Source: a virus (lineage: Duplodnaviria; Caudoviricetes). Taken from it: a stretch of 64,000 nucleotides of DNA. A program made the translations under genes and the position numbers. The stretch lies in IMG/VR virus record IMGVR_UViG_3300049988_000286, positions 435,573 to 499,572 of that record; one strand, 5' to 3'. Positions 8,509 through 18,479 of this stretch are shown piece after piece (position 1 is the first letter of the stretch; each line of letters begins with the position of its first letter). Below the pieces are notes generated by a model that was not told the origin of the DNA, searched no databases, and worked only from the letters and a program-made list of their open reading frames with translations.

Positions 8509-8596
8509 ACATTACAACAACACAACAAGTTGTTGTTTTACATTCATGCAACTCTGATCTCTCCTGATAGTTATTACATCACATTAGGAGATAGTT

Positions 8597-8944
8597 ATGA
8601 AACGACTTGCACTTACCTTGGCCGCATTGGCTACCCTCGCCCCCGTCACTGCATCCGCGCAGCGCTACGACAATCGCTACGAGTTTCGCGGCTACGATCG
8701 CGGCGGCAATCCCGTCTACAGCTACCACGATCGGCGATACAATCGGGACTGGCGAAATGATCGTCGTGACTACCGTAGAGATCGCCAGTGCCGTGACGGC
8801 ACTACCGGAACGGTGATCGGCGCTATCGCGGGTGGACTATTGGGCAGAACCGTTGACACCCGTGGTGACCGAACGCTCGGTACGGTCGTCGGAGCCGGAG
8901 GTGGAGCCTTGGCGGGGCGGGCGCTGGATCGTAATTGCCGATGA
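8597..8944 (+). CDS. Glycine-zipper 2TM domain protein (alphaproteobacterial surface-antigen type)
   Basis: Signal peptide, R/D/Y-rich linker, GTVIGAIAGGLLG...GTVVGAGGGALAG zipper; strong SD AGGAG. Confidence 0.8.
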   Translation: MKRLALTLAALATLAPVTASAQRYDNRYEFRGYDRGGNPVYSYHDRRYNRDWRNDRRDYRRDRQCRDGTTGTVIGAIAGGLLGRTVDTRGDRTLGTVVGAGGGALAGRALDRNCR

Positions 8945-9221
8945 AGGATGGCGAATGCTCGCTGCGGATTAAGTAGATCGCCTCATCGGTTGAATTATAT
9001 CCATGCCGAGGGGCGATCGTCATGCGTGAGATCGCGGATCGGTCAAAGCGGCTCGATGTCGAGGGCGAGATCGGCACAACTGGAATGGGTCAAGATCGCG
9101 ACCGAAGTTGACCGCTCGTTGATTACTGCTTGCCCCTCTCCATGCTGCACAGGCTTTGCGCAGAAGGGGCAAACAGTGGCTGCGAGTGTCACCTCTTTGA
9201 CTCGGTGGACGGTGAAGATGT

Positions 9222-9494
9222 TCAATGCGCGTCTCCCCAAGACGATCCAAATTCGCCGCAGTTGCGGTTGATTGAATCCATTACGCCATCTACCTCTGTC
9301 ATGAAGTGTTCTTGATCGGTCTGGTCGAGACCACGATACATCCTTACATTTGCTGCAATAATAGCGCGACAGTTTTTCGGAAGACCGCTGCTGCCATAAA
9401 TTGGTTTGCTGTTGTCCAGCAGTTCGGCGTCCGCTGAAACACATCCCGTCACGAGCAACACACCCATCAGCACACCCATCAGCATCTTCTTCAA
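9222..9494 (-). CDS. Putative lipoprotein
   Basis: Hydrophobic N-terminus ending LVTG-C. Confidence 0.5.
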   Translation of the reverse strand: MKKMLMGVLMGVLLVTGCVSADAELLDNSKPIYGSSGLPKNCRAIIAANVRMYRGLDQTDQEHFMTEVDGVMDSINRNCGEFGSSWGDAH

Positions 9495-9593
9495 GTCGGC
9501 ATCTCCCTACGCGTTCTATCAACGAACTATCACACAGGTACGACTCCTTGTCAAAGCGCCTTCGTGCTGGCACCACCGCGTGAGGAGACGCCG

Positions 9594-11770
9594 ATGACCC
9601 GATATCAATTTGAATGCTCGATGCCCGAGTTGGCCGATGGTCGCGAGATCGACATCGAGGACGGCGGTCAGGCCGTGATCTTCCATCCCACGCCGGAATT
9701 CGAACAGGGCGGTGACGGCTTTTTCCACGTCCGGCTACAGAGTTGGGAAGACGGAGCCGCGAAACGCGAGGAATCGTTTGCAAAGGCGCACTCCTTGATG
9801 CGCGAGTTTTCGGGTCGTCGTCTCCGGGTCACTGTTGAAACCATTGACTGATCATCATAAGAAAGAGGCTCGCTTCAACCTCGTCATCATGGTAGCGAGC
9901 TTGATCTTCTCTGCACTGGCGCTTGGAATGTGGTTCTATGATTGATGGCATCGTTATCGCCGACCGAGTTCTAGCCGGGTCGGTGAAGGTCTGGCTCGAC
10001 GAGGAATGCCAGCGCTGCTACGAACACGTAGATTGCGATTACGATGATCTCGACAGGCTCATCTTGCGGCTCACCGATCAGCGGCTGGGTCACAATGTAG
10101 CGGTCGATGTCCTTGATCTCGATAACGACGATCGAGGCGTTTACGGCATCGTTTTGATCGAGGCCGCGCCGATAATCATGAATGAAGTGCTGGGGAAGCT
10201 GAATGCAAACAATGAAGGTTGAGCGCCTCGGCGAGGTGCGAGTCACCGCGCGGAGAGGCGATGGAAGTGAGTTCAGCTTCATGACCGCGACGCCTGATCG
10301 CTACATGGCTCCGGAACCGTTTAATCGTCGAGCGTGGCTACTGGAGCGTGAACAGCGCTACCTTCGCCTCCTAGACAACGATCTTACGAACGGCGCTCGG
10401 GCGCGTCTGGTCGAGGCTCTCGAATGGATCAGGAGTGAACTTGCTTCGCGCCATTGAGGCTATCCGGCTGGTGGGTTTCCGGCTCGGATTGTGGCGTGGT
10501 TTTCACGGACCCACGCTGCCGTGGAACCTACAAGAGCGCGTCTCTACCCTCTTCATCATCTGGCGCGATAGTCGGTTTGAGCGTCCCGTGCCCGCCGCTC
10601 GCGCCTTCTTCCTCCGCCATGGGATCGAGGTTCGTTTCAGTCATAAAGCGAAGGCGCGCCTTGCTCGCAAGCGCGATGTCACGGCCTACCAAGCCTTCGT
10701 CGATGCTGCCAAGAAAACCTTCCAGATCGACGATCATCTCCTCCCGATCTTCATCGATTGGTGCCGTGAGAATGAGTGTGAGATAGCTGTCCAGACGCCG
10801 GACCAGTATCACCCCCAGCATCGACCGTGGTCCAAAGTCACAGCGCTGGGTCAGGATAGTTTCACCCTGATCATGCTCGGTTGTGACATCTCGCCTAACC
10901 GATACACGGATGAAGCAACAATAAGGCGCGTCCACTAAACCCGTGATAGGGTCATGTCTCCTCACTACTAGGAGATTATTATGTCAATCGATCAAGATAC
11001 ACGCTTTTTCGCCGGAGCATCTTCACGCAGCTTTAGCGACGCTTCTGGTCCGAAGGCAAGCCGTGAGGACACCCCCGGCTTCGTCAACGCCTCGGATCAC
11101 CAGTTCACCGACATTTCATCGGAGGCCGAACGTGTCTACAATTTCGGGCAGAAGGGTTTCGTCCGCATCAATCGTCCGCTGCAACTCGCGGTGAGCGACT
11201 CGGGTGGCCACCGTATTTTCTCCGCCGATGGCCGCTCCCACTACATTCCCGCTGGCTGGATCGAGATCACATGGACGACGCGACCGGGTTCTCCGCACTT
11301 CGTTAAGTGACGGGGTATTGACGGGGTGGTGGTGCGCGCCTATCTCGCCGCCTCCACCCTTTAAGGAGATGGCTGCTATGCATCCTGTCGATGCCACAAG
11401 TCCGAAATGGCGGATCGCCAACAATTCGATCCGCATCCTGTACACGCACCCAACGACCCATTGGTCCTTGGCCTCCATGACCTACGACGACATCCCGGAT
11501 CGTATCGGGATACGTTGGAACGGCGATGTTACCGATCGTGGCGATCTCGGTTACCCGAGCGCTCGCGGCAATGGTGCGTGGTTCATCCTTCCCGATCCCC
11601 TTGACGGTCTCGTCCGCGCCATGATCCCGATCTGGAACGGCAACCATGGTGGGGTCGACGTTGCCCCACCCGCGTCGGCATTCGAGAAGATCATGGAAGG
11701 GATGCAGGACGCCATCGCACACGCGGGTGGTGATCACACCCGAGGCCGCATCGCCAATCAGAGCGCGTAA
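9594..11770 (+). other. Run of small hypothetical genes (9594-9851, 9938-10222, 10203-10457, 10435-10938, 10981-11310, 11378-11770)
   Basis: Co-oriented, tightly packed ORFs, several with SD (GAGGAG, AGGAG); no recognisable domains. Confidence 0.55.
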
Positions 11771-12495
11771 ATCGAACCCTTCGCCGTGTTGATCAGCGTG
11801 GCGAAGATTTCGTTCAACTCCTGTTCGAATTCTTCCACAATGCGGTGCTCGTCGATGTGGTTCAGTCGAACCGCTCCGCGAAGCATGTATTGAGCGAAGC
11901 ATTCCGGCAGGAGTTCGAATTGCGAGTTGAGCGTGCCGTCTCGGCAAGACTTGGACGTGCCGATCATACACGCCAGCGATTTTGGATTCTCATCCCAGAA
12001 CACACCACCGAGACGTGATAGCGTGCGCGCTAGAGCCGCGCTCGCTTCCCCGGACAACCTGTATGCCCCACTCGACACCGCGTTGTGGAACGGTCCTGAA
12101 CGGCCATTCTGGAAGGCGTGATACATGCGGTGGGCGATGATCCAACCCGTGAGTGGTTTGCGGGCGCTGCCTTCGTTCTGGGTGAAGATCACGCCGATGT
12201 TTTGGGGCTTCGGCTCGATCATTCCTTCAAGGAACGACAGAGAGGCGAGGACACCCTGCCGACCGTCATAGTCGCCCCCAATCGCGATCGAGAGCGCCGA
12301 CGTGGGATCGATCTTGAGATCGACGAGGTAGAGGTTGACATCGCAGACGCTGGACTGCCATAGCCGATGAATCTTCTCCAAGGCTTTTTTGTTCTGCACC
12401 AAGCGAACATCATCGGGACGAAACGACGAATCGCCGCCCATGTCCGAGAGTGGCGTGATGGAGAGAGGCATCTCGACGAGTTCGTGGTAGCGCAT
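11758..12495 (-). CDS. Hypothetical protein (HRxxH zincin-like variant) with capsid-targeting-like N-terminus
   Basis: MRYHELVEMP start 4 nt after TAAATA; WIIAHRMYHAF motif. Confidence 0.55.
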   Translation of the reverse strand: MRYHELVEMPLSITPLSDMGGDSSFRPDDVRLVQNKKALEKIHRLWQSSVCDVNLYLVDLKIDPTSALSIAIGGDYDGRQGVLASLSFLEGMIEPKPQNIGVIFTQNEGSARKPLTGWIIAHRMYHAFQNGRSGPFHNAVSSGAYRLSGEASAALARTLSRLGGVFWDENPKSLACMIGTSKSCRDGTLNSQFELLPECFAQYMLRGAVRLNHIDEHRIVEEFEQELNEIFATLINTAKGSIYAL

Positions 12496-12502
12496 CCAGT
12501 AT

Positions 12503-13030
12503 TTAGGTGAAGCGAAACTTCGTTTTGACCAGCATCTCGACGCTGGGGTCACGGAAGCGGAAGGTTATGCTTCCTCCGGGCAACGACTCGATCTCATAAT
12601 CGCGCTTGATTCGGTCACCCATTTCGAAGAGGAAGTCTTGGATTTCTGCACGCTTCTCATCTGGGAAGATCAGCGCTTCACTCTTCGGCTTATCGAGCCT
12701 CGCCTCAACGGCTTGTAGATCAGCGGCGTGGACGAAGCAGAGTTTAACCTCATACCAGTTGCATGACTGGATGTAGACATCACCCTGACAGGTCTCGCGC
12801 AGCATAGCGAGAAAGTCATCGCGGTGCCAAAAGGCCTTCCGCATTTGTTCTGATTTGATACGCAGTATGGCGACCTCGCTACCCGCTCCGTCAATCTCAT
12901 GGAAGAAATTGGCGAAATCGGCGAAGCCCGCCATCGGATCGTGGACTTCTTCGAGCGACGAGGCACCGCGATCTGTCCAGCACATCTGGCTGATCTCGAT
13001 CTGATAGGCGACGAAGTGAATTTGCATCAC
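12503..13030 (-). CDS. Hypothetical protein
   Basis: 175 aa ORF; its TAA stop overlaps the next TAAATA box. Confidence 0.5.
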   Translation of the reverse strand: MMQIHFVAYQIEISQMCWTDRGASSLEEVHDPMAGFADFANFFHEIDGAGSEVAILRIKSEQMRKAFWHRDDFLAMLRETCQGDVYIQSCNWYEVKLCFVHAADLQAVEARLDKPKSEALIFPDEKRAEIQDFLFEMGDRIKRDYEIESLPGGSITFRFRDPSVEMLVKTKFRFT

Positions 13031-13049
13031 CGCCCTATAGGCGAACTAT

Positions 13050-13583
13050 CTACGCCGTGCCAGCGAAATCACATGCGTGGAAGGATTGTCGCTCGAAGAC
13101 GATCATCTTCTCACCCTGCTGCACGCTTCGATGTAGCGCAGGACCGATGCTAACCTCTGCTCCCGTCCCGTTCCGATACACGAATTTGCGCAAGCGTCGC
13201 GCCGGTGGAAGCGTCATCGTGTGGTAGGTAGCACCTCGCCGACTATCTCCGAGCCGCTTCGCGATACGCTTCCAAGCGGCATTGTGGCCATCTGCGCGCA
13301 GGGAGGGTTTAGCAAAAGCGATGAGGTGGGCTACCTCGTGGGGAAGGATGCTCTTCGTCATCATCTCCCAATCGCGCAACAGGGCTTCACGGTTGAACCT
13401 TAACGAATATGTATAACCCAAGTCTTCATGAGGTCGCTGCGCCGCCTCTCCGGCCTTCTGGCCCCGGAGATCGAACGATACAGTGATCCTCCCTAAATCA
13501 ACTCCGTATAGTTCCTCTGCGCGTCTCACGCATTCGTTAACCAGTTTCCTGAACTCTGTTTGTGGCCGTAGGCGGTGCTGCAT
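13050..13583 (-). CDS. SprT-like metalloprotease
   Basis: PHEVAHL...GHNAAWK and LRGQKAGEA motifs of the SprT family. Confidence 0.8.
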   Translation of the reverse strand: MQHRLRPQTEFRKLVNECVRRAEELYGVDLGRITVSFDLRGQKAGEAAQRPHEDLGYTYSLRFNREALLRDWEMMTKSILPHEVAHLIAFAKPSLRADGHNAAWKRIAKRLGDSRRGATYHTMTLPPARRLRKFVYRNGTGAEVSIGPALHRSVQQGEKMIVFERQSFHACDFAGTA

Positions 13584-13818
13584 ACGAGCATTATAGGGAA
13601 TCCCTCTGCCAGTTTCAAATTACCTCGGATTTGGCAGTGAGAGGTCGGGGTGCGAGGGTTGCCCCGGCAGGGGTGGGCGACCCGTTGGTGCACGCTTCAT
13701 CGGACGTGCTCTCATCGGTGGCGCGCCCGCAACGGGAAACCATATCTGGAAGCCAATTGTCGCCGCCAAAGGGGAACATGCAGCAACAAAGAAACAAAGG
13801 CCCAAGAGGGCCTTTGCT

Positions 13819-14304
13819 TTAGTCACGGGGGAGTTCATCCGGGCAGCCCGGCGGCGGCACGTCTGTGGGCTGCGGCTGGGGGTAGGGCTGCGGGAAACCC
13901 TGTGGGGGGTAATAGGGCGGATGGTAGGGGTAGGGCTGCTGATACTGCGGCATTGGCGCTGGCGTGGGCTCTGGCGCGGCGGGAGCCACCACTTCGGCAA
14001 TCGTCTCACCATCGCCGCCACTGGCCTCGAAGCCATCCTTCGAAACGCGGATCGAGCGGCGGTTGATCGCGAACCCGAGTGTGACGAGCACAACCAGTGA
14101 TCCAGTCAGCGACAGGAGCAAAGCCTCGCCTAGAATCTTGATACGCTCGGGCGCGGTCTCGATCGGCCAACCGCCGCGCCACATCACCCAACAAAGGGCA
14201 CCGGCGAAGACGGTCATTGCGACCGAGCCAAAGATGCTGGCGATCAACGCAACGGCGGCGCGCCATTCGCGATGTGGGTTCTCTGGGAGCTTGGGAAACT
14301 TCAT
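13819..14304 (-). CDS. Two-TM membrane protein with Pro/Gln/Tyr-rich tail, late promoter (holin candidate)
   Basis: Two hydrophobic segments; TAAATA 5 nt before ATG. The holin role is speculative. Confidence 0.5.
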   Translation of the reverse strand: MKFPKLPENPHREWRAAVALIASIFGSVAMTVFAGALCWVMWRGGWPIETAPERIKILGEALLLSLTGSLVVLVTLGFAINRRSIRVSKDGFEASGGDGETIAEVVAPAAPEPTPAPMPQYQQPYPYHPPYYPPQGFPQPYPQPQPTDVPPPGCPDELPRD

Positions 14305-14339
14305 ACCCCTATTTAGGGGCAGGATGAGTTCCCGTGTCG

Positions 14340-14940
14340 TTAGCCGATCACGGTCATCAGGGGGCGGCGGGTGCTACCGTTGCCCGACTGGCCAAGCGCC
14401 ATTGGCTTACCTCCCGTGACGCTGATCTCCGCACGCTGGTAGCGATCCTGCGCTGCCTTTGGAATAGCTCGGTCGAGCATGTCGCGCAGACCCTCGATGC
14501 TCTCCTTGCCGCCAAGCCGGATAGTGCTCTCGTTGCTACCGCTTCGAACGATCAGACTCGCGCCACCGCGATCGTCGATGTCGATGGACAACGATGTGTC
14601 CCACGGCAGACTGCCCGTGAGTGTGATCGTCTCTTCAATCATTGGATATCTCCTCCGAGTCAGCGATGTCCCGGTCGGGCTGCTTCTCGCCCCCGATAAC
14701 GCGCCATTGGATACTCTCCAAGCCCCGATCCTCAATCTTCTCTGCGGCGCGGGTCAAGGCAGCGGCGAGGGCGAGCATGGTGGCGGAATTGAAACCGAGG
14801 TGAAGCGTCGCGATGCTGTCCCCGGTGCGGATTTGCAATTCAGAATACAGGGCAGAGCCGTTGCTCGCTTGATTGGTGATCACCGAGTAGGTGGAGCCCC
14901 AAGGGGCATAGTCGTGGCGGTAGAATTGTTCTTCAATCAT
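14340..14940 (-). other. Two hypothetical genes (14340-14642, 14635-14940)
   Basis: Overlapping co-oriented ORFs; SD GGAGGAG before 14642. Confidence 0.5.
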
Positions 14941-16310
14941 TAAAGAGATATAGGATGATCTTCAAAACCTTCAAGTACCCAAGCGGTTCTACTATTAACA
15001 TAAGGGTCTACACCAGTGATGACTTGCTGTGACATCCTCATCTTCTTCGGGAGATCAGTATAGATACTGACCGGTGGGCGTGCGTGATACAGTTCCTTCT
15101 TCATCTCGTAGGTGGGCATGAAGAAACGCTGTGTTCCACGCGCGCGCATCTTGCGAATGAAGTCGAGCAGCATGGCTTCGCTCAACCCTTTCAGCTTCTG
15201 ATTGACCTCCGGCTCCATGATCTTCGGCAGATCGGTTTGCACCTCATCGATCCAGCAATCGCGTCCGAAGAGCGTGAAACGCACCCAGCCCAGAGCAACG
15301 ACGGTATAACGTTCATCGCCTCCACCAAGCGACAGACCAGCCTTTGGTGGTTTGGGTGCGGCGGGTGGCTTGGGGTGGTTGCTCGCATAGTGGTAATTGA
15401 CCAGCGCTTTGCAATCGGGGATCGAGAGATCAAGGCCGTCTTTGATTGCTTCCACCGGGAGACCGAAGACACAGGCGATGTTCTTACGATCAAGGAAGAT
15501 ACGCTGATCGTCCTGACCATCCATCTTCCATTCGACGATGTAGTTGCGCGCCGATTTAACCACTCGCTCGATCGTCGTGGTCTCACTCGGGTTAGCTCGC
15601 AGATCATCGATTGAGATGTCTCGACCCCCGAGTTGTTTCACCAACGCGGAGAAGAATGGAGTGTTGCCCCAGCGCTGCTGCTTCAATTCCTTGACCGAGA
15701 TGCTCTCGCGATCGTTGGTTTCGAACCAGCGCATCAGGGCGAGTTGATCTTGGTTCAAGCCCGCGAGCGATTTGCGTTCGCCCTGACGAGGAAGGCGGTG
15801 CCCGCGTGAGAACTCGCGGCGACGGTCCTCGTTCTGCTTATCGAACAGCGTTTGAAGAGTGGTGTCGAAGTTGGAGAGTTGGCGCAAAACATGGATGTTG
15901 CCGGGAAACTCCTCAAACGCCTCACGCTGCAACTCGACGGGGATACGATCGAACATCTCACACGTCTGACGAATATTACGCTTCATCGCGATTGCGACAA
16001 CATCGAACGGGATCGGGCGCTTGACCTTGTACAGGACAGTCGGTCCGAATTTTTCAACTGCGAGTCGGAGACAAGTATCGCTAGGCTCCGGCAGGTATTC
16101 CAAAGCGGAAGCCCAGTTCTCACACGCGTATTCCTGTGCTTCCTCGTGGGGGTTCTTGATCGCTCGGATCAGCGCCACATTGCGACCGAGAGCAATCATC
16201 TGCACTTGCCTCGACGGCGCTTCCATATGACGAATATTGAAGGGATCGGCGTAAATGAGCGCGAGTTGCTCCGCCGTTGATTCTGACTGCTCGAAGATGG
16301 TTGAACGCAT
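14940..16310 (-). CDS. Multi-domain protein with capsid-targeting-like N-terminus
   Basis: MRSTIFEQ start 4 nt after TAAATA; N-terminal helical repeats; C-terminal WVRF...WIDEVQTD motif. Confidence 0.55.
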   Translation of the reverse strand: MRSTIFEQSESTAEQLALIYADPFNIRHMEAPSRQVQMIALGRNVALIRAIKNPHEEAQEYACENWASALEYLPEPSDTCLRLAVEKFGPTVLYKVKRPIPFDVVAIAMKRNIRQTCEMFDRIPVELQREAFEEFPGNIHVLRQLSNFDTTLQTLFDKQNEDRRREFSRGHRLPRQGERKSLAGLNQDQLALMRWFETNDRESISVKELKQQRWGNTPFFSALVKQLGGRDISIDDLRANPSETTTIERVVKSARNYIVEWKMDGQDDQRIFLDRKNIACVFGLPVEAIKDGLDLSIPDCKALVNYHYASNHPKPPAAPKPPKAGLSLGGGDERYTVVALGWVRFTLFGRDCWIDEVQTDLPKIMEPEVNQKLKGLSEAMLLDFIRKMRARGTQRFFMPTYEMKKELYHARPPVSIYTDLPKKMRMSQQVITGVDPYVNSRTAWVLEGFEDHPISL

Positions 16311-16313
16311 CCC

Positions 16314-17587
16314 CTATTTAGGGGCGGGCTCGAAATGCAGCTTGCGGCCACGCCGCGACAGGTAGCCGACTACCTTACCGGGAAGACGGGAATCCGAGTA
16401 GGAGTCGCAGTTGGGACCGAATTCGAAAACCGCAGAGGGCGCGGCCTCTGTGATATCACGGAAGTCACCCGCAATCGCGTAGCAGACATTGGGAAGGGCC
16501 AAGCGAGCATTCTCGGCGTGATGATGCATCAGCGCTACCCGGCGGCGATAGACTCCGCTCTCGTTCCAGAACGAGTTCTTATACGCGTAGGCGAAACGAC
16601 CAATGGTGCGGCCAGCGACGACTTTGGTCTGCGACCGCAAGGTGTAGGTGTAGACGCCCATCATTGTTCTCCTTGACGCACCTCCTACCCTCAATAGTTC
16701 GGTGCGTCAAGGATAATTGTTTATTCCCAGCCCGCCTTGCGGAGGAATTTGTTGATCGCAGCGTCGTCGGCGTACTCCCAGCTATCCACCGAGGTTACGA
16801 AGCTGTCGTGCTGGAAACCCTTATGGTTTATCAGGCAGGCGTCACCATCATTGTCCACCTCGATGACCAACCCCACCTTGTCTCCTGTTTCGATGAGGGT
16901 ACCGACGCGGATTTCACCCTCGCCTCCGGGAATGCTGTCGGCATCGAGGACGAGCGCCATCAGGGCCTTCACCGCTCCGGTCTGGCAGCCGAAGTCAGCC
17001 TCACCGATGATCCGCGCGGCCTCCGCTACCTTCGGGGGCAGGGTCTCACCCGCGATCCCGTCACGGGCACTGCGGGTCCGATCCCGAATCTTCTCCGGAT
17101 CGATCAGGTCGCGTAACTTCATCACTTTCCTCCATCTCTCGCTCGATAACGATTTTGTCGTGCTGACGCTGACGGCGAGCGTGCTCACGCTTCGCCTCGC
17201 CGCGCTGCGCCGACGAGTACATCTCGTCGGTTTGTGCGGTATCTACCTGTTTGTCAGGTCGGAAGTAGTTGCTTGGGCTTCCCATGCCGCGAGGGGTAAC
17301 GCGACGCGGTGGGGGCGTCAATCGGATCGAGTCAGATCGAAGATGGAGACCTTCGGGGCAGCGCGATCCTCTTCCACCATTTGGGTATGATGGGTCGGCT
17401 CGCCGAACAGTTTCTGGTTCAGCTTCTCGAAATTCTCGACACTGGCCTTGGCGCGCTTGAAGGCAGGATCATCGCTGCAACCCCGCATCGCATCCATGAA
17501 CGACGAACGGTCCGCCACCGCATAGGAGAGCGCGGAGCGGATGATGTTGAGATCATTGGCGGTGATGGTGGGCTTACGATGCGCCAT
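16314..17587 (-). other. Hypothetical genes (16314-16664, 16721-17122, 17318-17587)
   Basis: Co-oriented ORFs with SD-like elements; no recognised domains. Confidence 0.5.
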
Positions 17588-17803
17588 GGATCATTCCACC
17601 CATGTAGAGTATAAGTGCCCCGCCGATTATATTGGCAAGACCGATTAGTTCTCGTCGAGAAGCCCGCGTCTCCGCTGGGTTGGTGGAAAGATACCATCCC
17701 GAAAACAGGATGACTGCCGCACACAGACTAATCACTAATGACATGTCTTCTTCCCTTCACTCTTGGTGTAGGGGATAGTTCGATGACAGTCAAGATAAAT
17801 GAA

Positions 17804-17888
17804 TGGTCCCCCGGACGAGAATCGAACTCGCTGATGCTTTCGCAAACAGGCGTGAGAAACCTGCGTCCTGCCATTAGACTTCCGGGGG
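17804..17888 (-). tRNA. tRNA-Glu(CTC) with long variable arm
   Basis: Acceptor CCCCCGG/CCGGGGG, A73, CCA; anticodon arm CAGGT-TTCTCAC-GCCTG; variable arm containing TGC-GAAA-GCA; T arm GCGAG-TTCGATT-CTCGT. Confidence 0.85.
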
Positions 17889-17889
17889 A

Positions 17890-17973
17890 TGGCCGCGCTG
17901 ACGGGAATCGAACCCGCTTCTGCTTTCGCAACAGGAGTGAAAGTCCTGCGTCCGCCCATTAGACTTCAGCGCG
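17890..17973 (-). tRNA. tRNA-Glu(TTC) with long variable arm
   Basis: Acceptor CGCGCTG/CAGCGCG, G73, CCA; anticodon arm CAGGA-CTTTCAC-TCCTG; variable arm TGC-GAAA-GCA; T arm GCGGG-TTCGATT-CCCGT. Confidence 0.85.
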
Positions 17974-18005
17974 ATAGGCTGGTCTGGATGGATCATTAAC
18001 GGGGG

Positions 18006-18069
18006 AGAAACAGAACCAAAATCACCCGCGCCGTCGAGGCGCGTGAAAGCGCACTCAACCGATCGAGCG
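18006..18069 (-). terminator. Attenuator: protector 1:2, antiterminator 2:3, terminator 3:4 plus U-tract
   Basis: 1:2 CGCTCGA-TCGG-TTGAGTG (18069-18052); 2:3 GAGTGCGC-TTTCAC-GCGCCTC (18056-18036); 3:4 CGCGCC-TCGAC-GGCGCG (18043-18027) then GGTGA-TTTTGGTTCTGTTTCT. Confidence 0.75.
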
Positions 18070-18102
18070 TTCGCGTTCCATGAGGGTGTAGGTCGTGTTC
18101 AT
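18055..18102 (-). CDS. Leader peptide MNTTYTLMERERSIG (GAA-CGC-GAA-CGC)
   Basis: ATG 5 nt after TAAATA; same ATGAACACG start as the His/Tyr leader; the 3' end overlaps attenuator helix 1:2. Confidence 0.65.
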   Translation of the reverse strand: MNTTYTLMERERSIG

Positions 18103-18107
18103 GTTTT

Positions 18108-18140
18108 TATTTATGCCTGAACGGCATCCGGGCGTCAACA
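18108..18140 (-). promoter_or_regulatory. Promoter of the tRNA-Glu cluster
   Basis: TGTTGACGCCC-N15-ATAAATA, identical spacing to 7525-7557. Confidence 0.7.
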
Positions 18141-18182
18141 TCTTTTTTGACCTTCGTGCAATCACGCTGCTACCCTCACGTG

Positions 18183-18479
18183 ATGACGCGTTCGAAACTC
18201 GCAGCCCGTTCACGCGATGACTGGCGCTGCCACACCCTGTCGGTCGAATCGCTGTTCGATGTCCCTAAAGTTAAATGGCTCGTCCGGTTCAACTCCGCCT
18301 TCGACAGCGATCAACCCCAGACGTGGCTCGTTGATTCCGTCGCATACGAGAAAGGAGAGGAAGTGGCGGCTTGGCTCATCGATAGTTGCGACGGAGACTT
18401 CGCCATATTGCGTTATCGCGGCCACGTCATATTCGAGCGAGAGGATGATGCTCGCCTCTGCTACCTGACCTTTGCTTAG
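18183..18479 (+). CDS. Hypothetical protein (F-x-x-x-x-D-A C-terminal motif family)
   Basis: Ends VIFEREDDARLCYLTFA. Confidence 0.5.
   Translation: MTRSKLAARSRDDWRCHTLSVESLFDVPKVKWLVRFNSAFDSDQPQTWLVDSVAYEKGEEVAAWLIDSCDGDFAILRYRGHVIFEREDDARLCYLTFA

Noticed and set aside
13819-14304. Definite holin call
   Set aside because: Two TM helices and a late promoter fit, but no adjacent endolysin or family motif is visible.
16721-17122. MKLRDLIDPE start resembling the capsid-targeting-like tag
   Set aside because: Preceded by a strong SD and no TAAATA box, and the Glu context differs, so it was not counted in the family.
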